Source of the DNA: Candidatus Thorarchaeota archaeon
Lineage (GTDB): Archaea; Asgardarchaeota; Thorarchaeia; Thorarchaeales; Thorarchaeaceae
DNA length: 21,651 nucleotides
Direction: 5' to 3'
Assembly (NCBI GenBank): GCA_038893995.1
Contig: JAWAQK010000011.1
Coordinates: forward strand, 33,199 to 54,849
Every line of letters begins with the position of its first letter. Position 1 is the first letter of the stretch. The notes beneath the pieces were generated by a model that was not told the DNA's origin, searched no databases, and saw only the letters and a program-made list of their open reading frames with translations. Both the position numbers and the translations under genes were made by a program. Below are positions 1 to 8,319 of this stretch, one piece after another.

Positions 1-1279
1 CAACTGAGAGTGGCTGTGGTCCGTAGGGTTCGACCAAGATCTCGTATACCCTGCACTTGGTCAGAGATGCCGATAGCACTCGAGTCTTTGAGGCGACACT
101 TCCCTCGATTGTTGATGACTGTATGTTCGTTCCATCCAGCGTCAATCGAAATGTTGCTCCAGTGCCATTCCATCGGGCGTCTAGATACAGGGGGGTGTCC
201 GCTGTCGTGACCACCATGTACTTCCTCGAAGTACCGGGGTCCAGACTCTCCGAATATGAGAGACGAACGGGAGCGCCATAGCACTGTGACATCGTGAAAG
301 CCATGCTCGCCGCTATCGACGCGATTACTTCTGTCGCGTAGCTGTAGTTGTAGATTGGATTGGTCCAGGTATCACCTGGACTGTGATAGCTGGAGTCAAT
401 CTCAAACCCACCCTCAAAGATGAACAGGACATTGCCCATACCCTCGCGCACAAACGAATAGTGATCTGAGCGGCTCCACAACGACGACTGGGCGGATGCG
501 ACTGTCTGGAACAGCCTGTAACCAGCAATGTTCTGACTCATCATCTGAAGCAGGTTCGCATAGTACTTGCTGTTCCAGAAGCTCACCGCTGAGTTGTAGT
601 GAGCTATCATCTTCTCGTCTTCAGGGGCCTCAGGATCCACAGTGAGCAGCATGTCCATGTTGTAGTACTGCAGGAGCCGGATGCCGTCGTACGCCATCCT
701 GGACGCCACCTCAGAGCTGCCGAGAAGACCAATCTCCTCTGAGTTCCAGGCACAGAAATAGATGTCAAGGGGCCAGTAATAGCCAGACATGACCCTTGCG
801 AGTTCTAACATTCCTGCTACCCCGCTTGCATCGTCGTTGGCACCTGGCGCATTGGGTACCGAGTCAAAATGACCACCCACCATGAGTACAGGGGTGTACA
901 TACCAGAATTCCAACCTCTCAAGACTCCAACGACCGAGTTATGACGCCCGATCCGTTCAACCTGAATTCGGCCGCCTGAGACCCTCACCAGCTCGTCAGA
1001 TATCCACTCTCCAGCCAGCAGGTTGGAATAGCTGAAGACGACGTCACCCAGGATCTTCGTCCAACGTGAGCCATTCTCAGTGAGTTTCCTGACATAGCCC
1101 ATGTACGACTCCATCGATACCGATTCATACACTTCCCGCGACAGGTCGACACCGTAGAGAATGTCAGGGGACTGTGATGTCATATGATGGACCAGAGTCG
1201 TTCCGGCTGTTGTCTGGGAAATTGACCCAGACAGAACGAGGAGCATGATTGGCAGCAACATGCATACGCGACGACGCAT
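1..1279 (-). CDS. Secreted M28-family Zn aminopeptidase (3' end runs off the window; absent from ORF track)
   Basis: Manual translation from ATG at 1279, with GGAGG upstream: MRRRVCMLLPIMLLVLSGSISQ (signal-peptide-like), then M28 motifs VGGHFDS, PGANDDASG, WNSEEIGLLGS, YNMDM, RSDHYSF and SYHSPGDT. The frame continues toward the window edge into an extra C-terminal region. Confidence 0.92.
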   Translation of the reverse strand, partial: MRRRVCMLLPIMLLVLSGSISQTTAGTTLVHHMTSQSPDILYGVDLSREVYESVSMESYMGYVRKLTENGSRWTKILGDVVFSYSNLLAGEWISDELVRVSGGRIQVERIGRHNSVVGVLRGWNSGMYTPVLMVGGHFDSVPNAPGANDDASGVAGMLELARVMSGYYWPLDIYFCAWNSEEIGLLGSSEVASRMAYDGIRLLQYYNMDMLLTVDPEAPEDEKMIAHYNSAVSFWNSKYYANLLQMMSQNIAGYRLFQTVASAQSSLWSRSDHYSFVREGMGNVLFIFEGGFEIDSSYHSPGDTWTNPIYNYSYATEVIASIAASMAFTMSQCYGAPVRLSYSESLDPGTSRKYMVVTTADTPLYLDARWNGTGATFRLTLDGTNIQSSTIEGSVASKTRVLSASLTKCRVYEILVEPYGPQPLSV

Positions 1280-1384
1280 GTTACTAGCCTCCGATAGCGG
1301 CTCTGATGAATGTTTTCCCATGGGTAAATTCCGACAGCGATAAGAAGGGGGGATACAACTAGCATGTGGATACCCGGGATTGAT

Positions 1385-2665
1385 ATGTCACAGACGACTG
1401 GTGGTAGTCGAGGACTCGAGACAAGAGACCCCATCTATGGGTACAATAGGCTCACCCCTCTAGAAGAGTCCATTCTCAACCAGAAGATCGTGCAGAGACT
1501 CCGACAGATCAGGACGCCAGCAGGAGCGTTCCAGGTCTACCCTGGGGCTGACTCGTCACTCCTTGCCAGGATGCTGGGGACCATGCATATCACGGAGCTC
1601 CTCTTCAGGAGTCTGGGTGCCAACGAAGACGAGGTCCAGAGGGCCAGGCTGACGGTCATGATATCTTCGGTGGGACGGGGGGCATGGTCAAATGTGATGA
1701 GGGAGTACCTGAGCGGTATTGGTCTCGATAATAGAAGAATGGCGGAGGTCGCCCTGGCACAACCTGAGATCAGAGAGGTCCTAGAACACAGTACCTACTC
1801 GACCAGTGAGATCAGGGAGAGCATTCGGCGGGGCGCTCCAATAAGAGACATGAGAGTGGACCTCTTCACGTGCCCGCTGAACCCAGACCTGATAGACATG
1901 TTTCAGCGTGATGCCTACTTCGCCGGTGTCCAATATGCCCAGCTCGAATTCAGACGTCTATTCGGCTCAACTCGTATCATCAAGAACAGGATGGCCGTGG
2001 AACGAGGGGTGCTTTTCACTCTGGAGTCGTACCTGTCTGCAGCAACAAACATGTTTGACGCCATCTACTACCACAAGACCGTAAGGGCTGCTGAGCTGAT
2101 GCTGCTCAGGGTACTGGAGGAGGCTGGCTCGCTGTTGCTCAGGTCGCCCGCCGACGACCCATCTACGTACTTCTCGACCGATGATATTACCCTGTACGGC
2201 AGTCTGAGTCGTCTCCCGCCGGATCCGCCGGAGAGGCTAGTGAATGCGTCCAATGTCTTTCGCGACTTCCACCGTCGCCGACTGATAAAGGTGGCAAGCG
2301 ATCGCACGATAGGAAACGACGAGTTCCTCAAGAAGCTGGAAACGCCAGATGGCAGATTCGAACTCGAACGTGAGATTGCAGAGGAGGCCAGGCTAGACCC
2401 AAACCTGGTCTATATTGATTTCCCGACTAGAGAATCTGTTGCATTCTGGCCCGGCAGACTTGCGATCGATGAACTGATGCTGTTTGAGAGGGGTTCCAGA
2501 GGTTATGAGCTATGGCCTGTCACCGACCTGAGTAACGTGGCGAGAAGCTTTATGCGCAGAGCAATGGTCATACGCATCTACGCGCCGGAAGCTCATCGTG
2601 CAAAGATACGCAAGAGGGCAGACAGTATACTTGAGTCCGTGGACAGTATCGGGGAGGTCGCCTAG
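1385..2665 (+). CDS. SAMHD1/dNTPase-like HD-fold protein with degenerate active site (probable pseudoenzyme)
   Basis: Scaffold motifs retained: RDPIYG, QRLRQI, VYPGA, DLIDMFQRDAYFAG, IYYHKTVRAAE. The usual HSLG reads RMLG and LLHDIGHGPFSH reads MISSVGRGAWSN. Start is 1385 or the in-frame 1364. Confidence 0.85.
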   Translation: MSQTTGGSRGLETRDPIYGYNRLTPLEESILNQKIVQRLRQIRTPAGAFQVYPGADSSLLARMLGTMHITELLFRSLGANEDEVQRARLTVMISSVGRGAWSNVMREYLSGIGLDNRRMAEVALAQPEIREVLEHSTYSTSEIRESIRRGAPIRDMRVDLFTCPLNPDLIDMFQRDAYFAGVQYAQLEFRRLFGSTRIIKNRMAVERGVLFTLESYLSAATNMFDAIYYHKTVRAAELMLLRVLEEAGSLLLRSPADDPSTYFSTDDITLYGSLSRLPPDPPERLVNASNVFRDFHRRRLIKVASDRTIGNDEFLKKLETPDGRFELEREIAEEARLDPNLVYIDFPTRESVAFWPGRLAIDELMLFERGSRGYELWPVTDLSNVARSFMRRAMVIRIYAPEAHRAKIRKRADSILESVDSIGEVA

Positions 2666-2822
2666 GACTGCCATCAGGATGCAAGGACCACGTGCAAACT
2701 GACGCGCTATACGGTCCTCATCGTGGCCCCTACACGAAACGAGATCACCGATAGCATTCGTCACAGTAATCATCTTAAGAGCACTCTCAGATAGTCCATG
2801 TAGATAGACATCAGCAAGAGGC

Positions 2823-4217
2823 TTGGTCGAGTTGTTCACTTGCTCGAAGTGTGGCGAGGTCCTATACATCAGGAGCGCAGACCTTCGCGACAAGATATTG
2901 ACAATGGAGGTTCAGTGCCTCCGAGGGCATAGGAGTATCAGAAGACTGACTGAACATCAGGCCCATGAGATAGCCAAAGACATCTTCACCAAGCTGTTTG
3001 CGTGCACCCAGTGTGGTTCAGCTATGGTCCTGATAGCCACAGAGCCAATGGACGACAAGACTCAGGGGCTCATGCTGTGCCCAATTCACGGTATTCAGAA
3101 GAAGGACTATCCAAGCGAGTTTGCAGGCACAGTCGATGAACTCGCGCTGGATCTTTTTCAGGCCCAAAGGTCGCTGATTGACTCTTTCACGTGTCCTCAG
3201 TGCCGACAGACATTCGCGATAACAGAGATTCAGGCAGGCAGTGGTCCGTTTCTGATCATGTCAACAAGATGTTCAAACGGCCACAGGAACACGAGGTATG
3301 TCTCTCAGTCTGTCGATGATGAGCTATTGAGGAAGATACTGCAGAAACTTGTCCACTGCGACAGGTGTCTCATGCCATCTGAGCTTCAGACGACCGAGTC
3401 TAGGGGGTCAACAACAAGGCTCACAGTCTCATGCCCAATTCACGGTCCCTTGAAGAGGGATGTGCCGACTGGCATGGTCGAGAAGATAAGAGAGGCCATT
3501 GCCGATATGCCCAAGGATGCAGTGCTAAAGGCCACACTCTTGTCAAGTCAGTGTAACAGACCGATGTCCGTGATGAGGATCGAGCCTGACAAGAATGGCT
3601 ACAGACTCCGATGCACTTGTCCGGGTTCTGGCAGCTCTGTCACCAGGACCCTATCGATAGAGTGGGACCAGTCTGTCAGTAACAGGCTGGCGTCTGCCGT
3701 GCTGTCCTGTGAGTACTGTGGTCTTTTCACAGAGTTGTTAGAGGCGAAGACCAAGAAGGGCATGACAGAGTTCACAGTGGTCTGCCCGATACATGGCGTT
3801 CTATCTCGATTGGCACCCGAAGATGTGTATGGGCACATCAAGGAACAACTGCCGTCAATGGACAGGCTATCGTCCATGGTCAAGAGTCTCGGCTGTGGGC
3901 GATGCGGGATGCCACTGACTGTCAGGGATGTCGAGTACCGTGCAGGCCTTGTGGAATTCGACATGGAATGCAGGCACGGACACAGGGCCAAGAGATTCTT
4001 CGTTCCAGACCTCGACAGTGAACTGCTCGCCAAGTTCTACAAGAATCTGTATCGATGCCCCGAATGTTACGGTCCACTCGATCTTGTTTACACCCAACCG
4101 GGATCCAGGGAGTCAAAGGTCGTCCTCCTTTGCCCGGTCGACGGTAAGTTTGTACTGAATGTGCCACACGACCACGCCGAAGCCATTCGTCTCGCCTACA
4201 AGCAGATACAGGAGGAC
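2823..4217 (+). repeat. Four tandem ~117-codon units, each holding two Zn-ribbon modules
   Basis: CxxC knuckles start at aa 7, 61, 124, 179, 241 (degenerate SSQC), 296, 358 and 412; the odd series is spaced exactly 117 aa. The 15-mer TGCCCAATTCACGGT (CPIHG) is identical at 3078-3092 and 3432-3446. Confidence 0.85.
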
Positions 4218-5111
4218 CGCAGGAAGCCTCCGCAGGAGGTGGTAGAGAAGCCAGAACCTCTAGAGCTCGAACCAGCGGCTCCAGAAACTGTCACTGAGGG
4301 CCAAGTTACGGCCCTCAGAGGGTGTGAGATTGTCGGTGGTAAGTTTGAGTATAAGGTCAAGGTGAAGAATGACACCCAGTACGTGATAACAAATGTGACT
4401 GTCAGCATAGTGGCCTACCCGCAGGACTGCATGGAACTGGCCGGCGAGACCATGAGGACTATATCACGTATCGAGGTGGGTGGTTTCCGGAGCCCACAGT
4501 TTGTGTTCTATCCCACCAAGGACTGTGTACAGGGAAAGATCGTCGCCACGGTGTCCTATATTGACTTCAGGGACCAGCTCCACACGATCCAGGTGGAACC
4601 GTACCTCATCCGATCTGTGTGTGACCTGTTGAAGCCGAACAAGAAGACCGCTGAGGAGTTTGACCTCATCCTCGGATCATTGACGGGTGCAAATCAGGAA
4701 CAGGTACTCGAATGGAATGCTAGGGTACTGTTCACGAAGGCTGAGATGATACTCCCGACGAAGAACTTCCACATAGTGGACAAGAAGGAGAAGATTGTCG
4801 GGACCGAGTTCGTCGGTACAATCAGAGGCTTCGCATCCGGGAAGTACACCGGCAAGAATGTCGCAGTCATCATCCTGATCACGGGCCCAGAAGAGGGACG
4901 ACATGCGGTCGTTAAAGTAGAGGCGCTCGGGGACGATGTGGCCATGCTCCCGACCACCATAGATGAACTCGCCGAGACAATGGACTCGTGGATATGCTTG
5001 CGATGCGGAGCGCCACTCGACACCGAGCAGGTCGAGGAACTCGGAAAGCATGTGCCGATAAGCTGCAAGTACTGTGGTCACACCCTGACAATAGGGCTCT
5101 ATCTCCAGTAG
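2823..5111 (+). CDS. Multi-Zn-ribbon repeat protein with Pro/Glu linker, putative COP/adaptin appendage domain and C-terminal C4 Zn ribbon
   Basis: 762-aa ORF with a TTG start. Eight CxxC...CxxGH/CPIHG units in aa 1-465, linker KPPQEVVEKPEPLELEPAAPE, a beta-rich then alpha/beta region at aa ~495-720, and terminal CLRC...CKYC. Confidence 0.8.
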   Translation: MVELFTCSKCGEVLYIRSADLRDKILTMEVQCLRGHRSIRRLTEHQAHEIAKDIFTKLFACTQCGSAMVLIATEPMDDKTQGLMLCPIHGIQKKDYPSEFAGTVDELALDLFQAQRSLIDSFTCPQCRQTFAITEIQAGSGPFLIMSTRCSNGHRNTRYVSQSVDDELLRKILQKLVHCDRCLMPSELQTTESRGSTTRLTVSCPIHGPLKRDVPTGMVEKIREAIADMPKDAVLKATLLSSQCNRPMSVMRIEPDKNGYRLRCTCPGSGSSVTRTLSIEWDQSVSNRLASAVLSCEYCGLFTELLEAKTKKGMTEFTVVCPIHGVLSRLAPEDVYGHIKEQLPSMDRLSSMVKSLGCGRCGMPLTVRDVEYRAGLVEFDMECRHGHRAKRFFVPDLDSELLAKFYKNLYRCPECYGPLDLVYTQPGSRESKVVLLCPVDGKFVLNVPHDHAEAIRLAYKQIQEDRRKPPQEVVEKPEPLELEPAAPETVTEGQVTALRGCEIVGGKFEYKVKVKNDTQYVITNVTVSIVAYPQDCMELAGETMRTISRIEVGGFRSPQFVFYPTKDCVQGKIVATVSYIDFRDQLHTIQVEPYLIRSVCDLLKPNKKTAEEFDLILGSLTGANQEQVLEWNARVLFTKAEMILPTKNFHIVDKKEKIVGTEFVGTIRGFASGKYTGKNVAVIILITGPEEGRHAVVKVEALGDDVAMLPTTIDELAETMDSWICLRCGAPLDTEQVEELGKHVPISCKYCGHTLTIGLYLQ

Positions 5112-5156
5112 ATCATTGGCACGAGATCACGGCCTGCGGCACATGGTGGTTAAGGG

Positions 5157-5735
5157 TCAGTCCTCGCGCCACACGGCCTCGGCCCTGTCAACAAGACCAA
5201 GTACTACCATCAGTCTGTCGACAAAGGCGTTGACGAGGTCGTCGATGGTAGTGGGTCTGTGCCAGAAGGATGGGCACGCCGGAAAGACTATCGCGCCGGC
5301 CTCGGCGACTGTCAACATATTGCGCATGTGGATCATGTTGAGGGGTGCCTCCCTTGTAACAAGGACCAGACGTCTGCCCTCCTTGAGCGTACAGTCGGCT
5401 GCTCGAGCAATCAGATTGTTGGACAGTCCCTGCGCAATCGAGGCGAGGGTCTTCATGGAACAGGGAACAACCGCCATGCAGTCCAGCGGAAAGCTCCCAC
5501 TCGCAGGGCCTGCGTCCATTTCATCCTCGCCATAACAGTAGTCAGCCTCTGAACAGAGCTGACCATATCTCAGACCAGTTTCGTACTCAAGAGTTCGTTC
5601 ACCCCATGAGCTGATCACGAGGTGTGTTTCATGTCCAAGCGCTCGGGCCTTGCGAAGGAGATAGACACCGTAGATCGAACCGCTTGCTCCGGTCATACCG
5701 ACAAGGATGCGTTTCTTCTCCAATGGTCTGCACAC
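5157..5735 (-). CDS. ubiX: Flavin prenyltransferase UbiX/Pad1
   Basis: VGMTGASGSIYG, ASGS, VVPCSMKTLASIA, ARAAD, LKEGRRLVLVTREAPL and IHMRNM motifs; 192 aa. Confidence 0.95.
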   Translation of the reverse strand: MCRPLEKKRILVGMTGASGSIYGVYLLRKARALGHETHLVISSWGERTLEYETGLRYGQLCSEADYCYGEDEMDAGPASGSFPLDCMAVVPCSMKTLASIAQGLSNNLIARAADCTLKEGRRLVLVTREAPLNMIHMRNMLTVAEAGAIVFPACPSFWHRPTTIDDLVNAFVDRLMVVLGLVDRAEAVWRED

Positions 5736-5833
5736 TCAACCGGACTCACACGATAGGCCCCCTAATGTGGATTTTGCATGGTCCGGTGGTTGGCCTAGAC
5801 AGGTAGAGTGTGCAACGGAACGTCCATGCAGGT

Positions 5834-7678
5834 TCACAGCAGAGCGATGAGTATCAGCGAAGTCAGGACGGACACCGCACCGAGTCTGATGCCAACACGC
5901 TTTGCCGTAACTGACGACTCCACTACGTCAGAGGTGAGCGTTTCGAATCCTCGTTCCCCATATGTGACCAGACCCCTGATAGTTCCCCTGCCGATCCCAA
6001 TCTCTGCGGGTCGGAGGACACTTATGGCACCCCTCACTGCTCTTCTCACAGCGTCTGCTAGCTCAGTCCTCCTGTACCGACCTACTGGAGGATACCCTCG
6101 GCTCGACAGTGAGACCGCATTCACCACATGCGTGTCAGTGGTGGTCACTTCGGCCACGGTTGCTCCCTCCGAGAGAGCCACTTCTATCAGTTCCTCTCTG
6201 AATCCAGGTTCCATGTTGTTGCCATCGATGGACACCAACGCCGTCGTACCCTGAGCAGTCCTGATCACCATCGCAGCGACACCACCTGGTCCAATACCAT
6301 CCTGGATCCCAATTCCCTCGGGAACCATTCTGTGAAGACCAACACTGAACGGTGTCGGCGTTGTCCTCAACAGCTCCTCGGCTGCTCGAGTCACAGCATT
6401 GACACACAGTGCGGCCTCGGGATCTCCGGGCATTACTGAGACCGCGCTGTCGCTAATTGCATTGTGCGCATCCACGACAGACACACTGGCCACTCCATCG
6501 CTCCTATCGACAACAGCTCTCTCTGCCAGTCGACCCACTTCGAGAGCGATATCGTCAGTGTAGTGGGGAGCGCCAGTGACAATGGCGAGCATCGACCCAC
6601 CTGCAATTAGCCCGGCTACACTGAAACGCTCAGACTCAACCCTGATGGGGCCCCGGATCACTTTGTTATATCCTATCTCTATCAGAACGCGGTCAATCTC
6701 ACTGAGAACAGCACGCATCTGAGACCTGTCGGTCAAGTTCTGTTGATGTGTACAGGTTCCATGAAACACCAGGGCGGGGACCCCGTAGGTCTTCTCGATG
6801 TGATGGACCACAACGGACGGAAGAGCACTACTCCCGATCTCTCTGAAAGGCCCAGGATGAACATAGAGCACTACGACTACACCCACAAGCCTTTCTTCAT
6901 CCCTGATTGCCAGGATGGTCACAGGTAGGTCTTGACGGACTCCTATCTGCCCCAGGATACGCTCGAAGGGTTCTGGATTACCGGTCAGGTAATCTGAACT
7001 GAATGCCCTAAGTAGTTCGATTCCATCAATGTTCAGATCTCTCTTGAAGGGCCTACTCACTGCCCGGAACAGGATCGTGACTGACAGGGTGCAGACTCCG
7101 ACGCAGACGGCCAGTGCAAACAGCAGGGACGGATATAGACGAAACGGTGGCTCAATGAAACTGGAGAGAGTGACGAGTGTCAAGAGCCAGACCATCAGGG
7201 GCATGGCTGACGCCAGGTAGCTTCGGAGGGGTATGTGCTCGCTCATTGCGCGCATCACGAATGCCATCAGAATATACGAGAGGACCATACCAAACAACCA
7301 GGAGCGAGCCTCAACGATGCTGTCGGATGTGATGAAACTGAGTGCGGCCCCAAGGACTCCAGGCACCAACCACAATGGCATCACGAAAGTGACTGCGCCA
7401 AAGGTTCGTCGAACATCCATCGGAGAAGCGGGCCGTCTCACGACGAGGAAGAGAATACATGCACCAAAGATACCAGTGGAAAACACAAGAACGGAGTAGA
7501 AGACCACCCAAGTAGCAGGATGTACGGCGGGGCTGCGAAGGACTGCGATCGCGCTCAATACTGCGATGGCAATCAAGGATTGTGCTGACAATCTCTTGAA
7601 GATCGTCCTCTTGTCTGGAAGCCTGAACATCTTCGAGTAGAGTCGTATTGTCTCTTTCACACTGGCCTTCTCGCCCAA
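5834..7678 (-). CDS. DUF2070-family archaeal membrane protein
   Basis: About six N-terminal TM helices, a soluble domain with HPGPFREIGSS, FHGTCTH, DAHN, DGNN and TTDTH, and a C-terminal TM helix; 614 aa. Confidence 0.85.
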   Translation of the reverse strand: MGEKASVKETIRLYSKMFRLPDKRTIFKRLSAQSLIAIAVLSAIAVLRSPAVHPATWVVFYSVLVFSTGIFGACILFLVVRRPASPMDVRRTFGAVTFVMPLWLVPGVLGAALSFITSDSIVEARSWLFGMVLSYILMAFVMRAMSEHIPLRSYLASAMPLMVWLLTLVTLSSFIEPPFRLYPSLLFALAVCVGVCTLSVTILFRAVSRPFKRDLNIDGIELLRAFSSDYLTGNPEPFERILGQIGVRQDLPVTILAIRDEERLVGVVVVLYVHPGPFREIGSSALPSVVVHHIEKTYGVPALVFHGTCTHQQNLTDRSQMRAVLSEIDRVLIEIGYNKVIRGPIRVESERFSVAGLIAGGSMLAIVTGAPHYTDDIALEVGRLAERAVVDRSDGVASVSVVDAHNAISDSAVSVMPGDPEAALCVNAVTRAAEELLRTTPTPFSVGLHRMVPEGIGIQDGIGPGGVAAMVIRTAQGTTALVSIDGNNMEPGFREELIEVALSEGATVAEVTTTDTHVVNAVSLSSRGYPPVGRYRRTELADAVRRAVRGAISVLRPAEIGIGRGTIRGLVTYGERGFETLTSDVVESSVTAKRVGIRLGAVSVLTSLILIALL

Positions 7679-7750
7679 CGTTCATCATCCACGCTGTGGC
7701 GACTGTGGTGTGCTTATCAAACTTGGGCTGGCGCCGGCCGCTTTCGAGAG

Positions 7751-7787
7751 CCTTATATCCCGTCCGATTATCGCATCCGATATAGGG
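7751..7787. promoter_or_regulatory. Imperfect 37-bp inverted repeat with TATA-like arms; candidate PadR operator and divergent promoter
   Basis: CCTTATATCccgtcCGATtATCGcatccGATATAGGG centred on 7769, 13 of 18 position pairs complementary. It lies between the divergent DUF2070 and padR starts. Confidence 0.5.
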
Positions 7788-7797
7788 GGTATCCTGC

Positions 7798-8319
7798 GTG
7801 TGTGACTGTGGGCCAGAGGACCGTTCCCTACCGCAACATGTGCCGCGAGGTCTACTCAGACTCCTTGTGCTCAGGATGATGCAGACTCGAGACATGTCCG
7901 GCACAATGGTCATGCAGGAGATCGAGCGCCGTAGTGGCAACAGATGGAGACCTAGCCCCGGGTCTGTCTACCCAATTCTTGATGATCTCCTTGGGAGAGG
8001 CCTGATAGAACTGGTCTCGACAGATGGTAGGGAGAGGACCTACCGCATCACGGCCAAGGGCAACGAACATCTCCAAAATATCGCACGTGACAGAGACATG
8101 TTGGAGGAGAGAGCAGTGACCGGACCCAGATTCTGGCTCTCCCTCGTAGAACCTGGCGATCGGGCCAGGATACTGCTGAACATCATAGACGCATCTGTCA
8201 GGGAGATGAGAGACATACTACCGACGCTCCGTAGTGACGAGGCGGAGGAGGTAGTCCGGGAGATGAGGAACATCATTCTGTGCATGGAGGCACGGACAGT
8301 TGGACACAAGCATGTCTGA
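7798..8319 (+). CDS. PadR-family transcriptional regulator
   Basis: PRGLLRLLVL, WRPSPGSVYPIL, GLIE and RTYRITAKG winged-helix motifs. Overlaps the start of the downstream ABC gene. Confidence 0.92.
   Translation: MCDCGPEDRSLPQHVPRGLLRLLVLRMMQTRDMSGTMVMQEIERRSGNRWRPSPGSVYPILDDLLGRGLIELVSTDGRERTYRITAKGNEHLQNIARDRDMLEERAVTGPRFWLSLVEPGDRARILLNIIDASVREMRDILPTLRSDEAEEVVREMRNIILCMEARTVGHKHV

Noticed and set aside
10-528. Short ORFs 10..210, 57..281 and 325..528
   Set aside because: Antisense or out-of-frame shadows of the M28 peptidase gene.
1364-2665. HD gene as a pseudogene
   Set aside because: No stops or frameshifts, and non-catalytic motifs are preserved across the full length.
2823-5111. 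Multiheme cytochrome or radical-SAM (Tes-like) enzyme, given the many Cys/His and CPxHG motifs
   Set aside because: No CxxCH heme motifs, no signal peptide and no CxxxCxxC motif; the spacing fits Zn ribbons.
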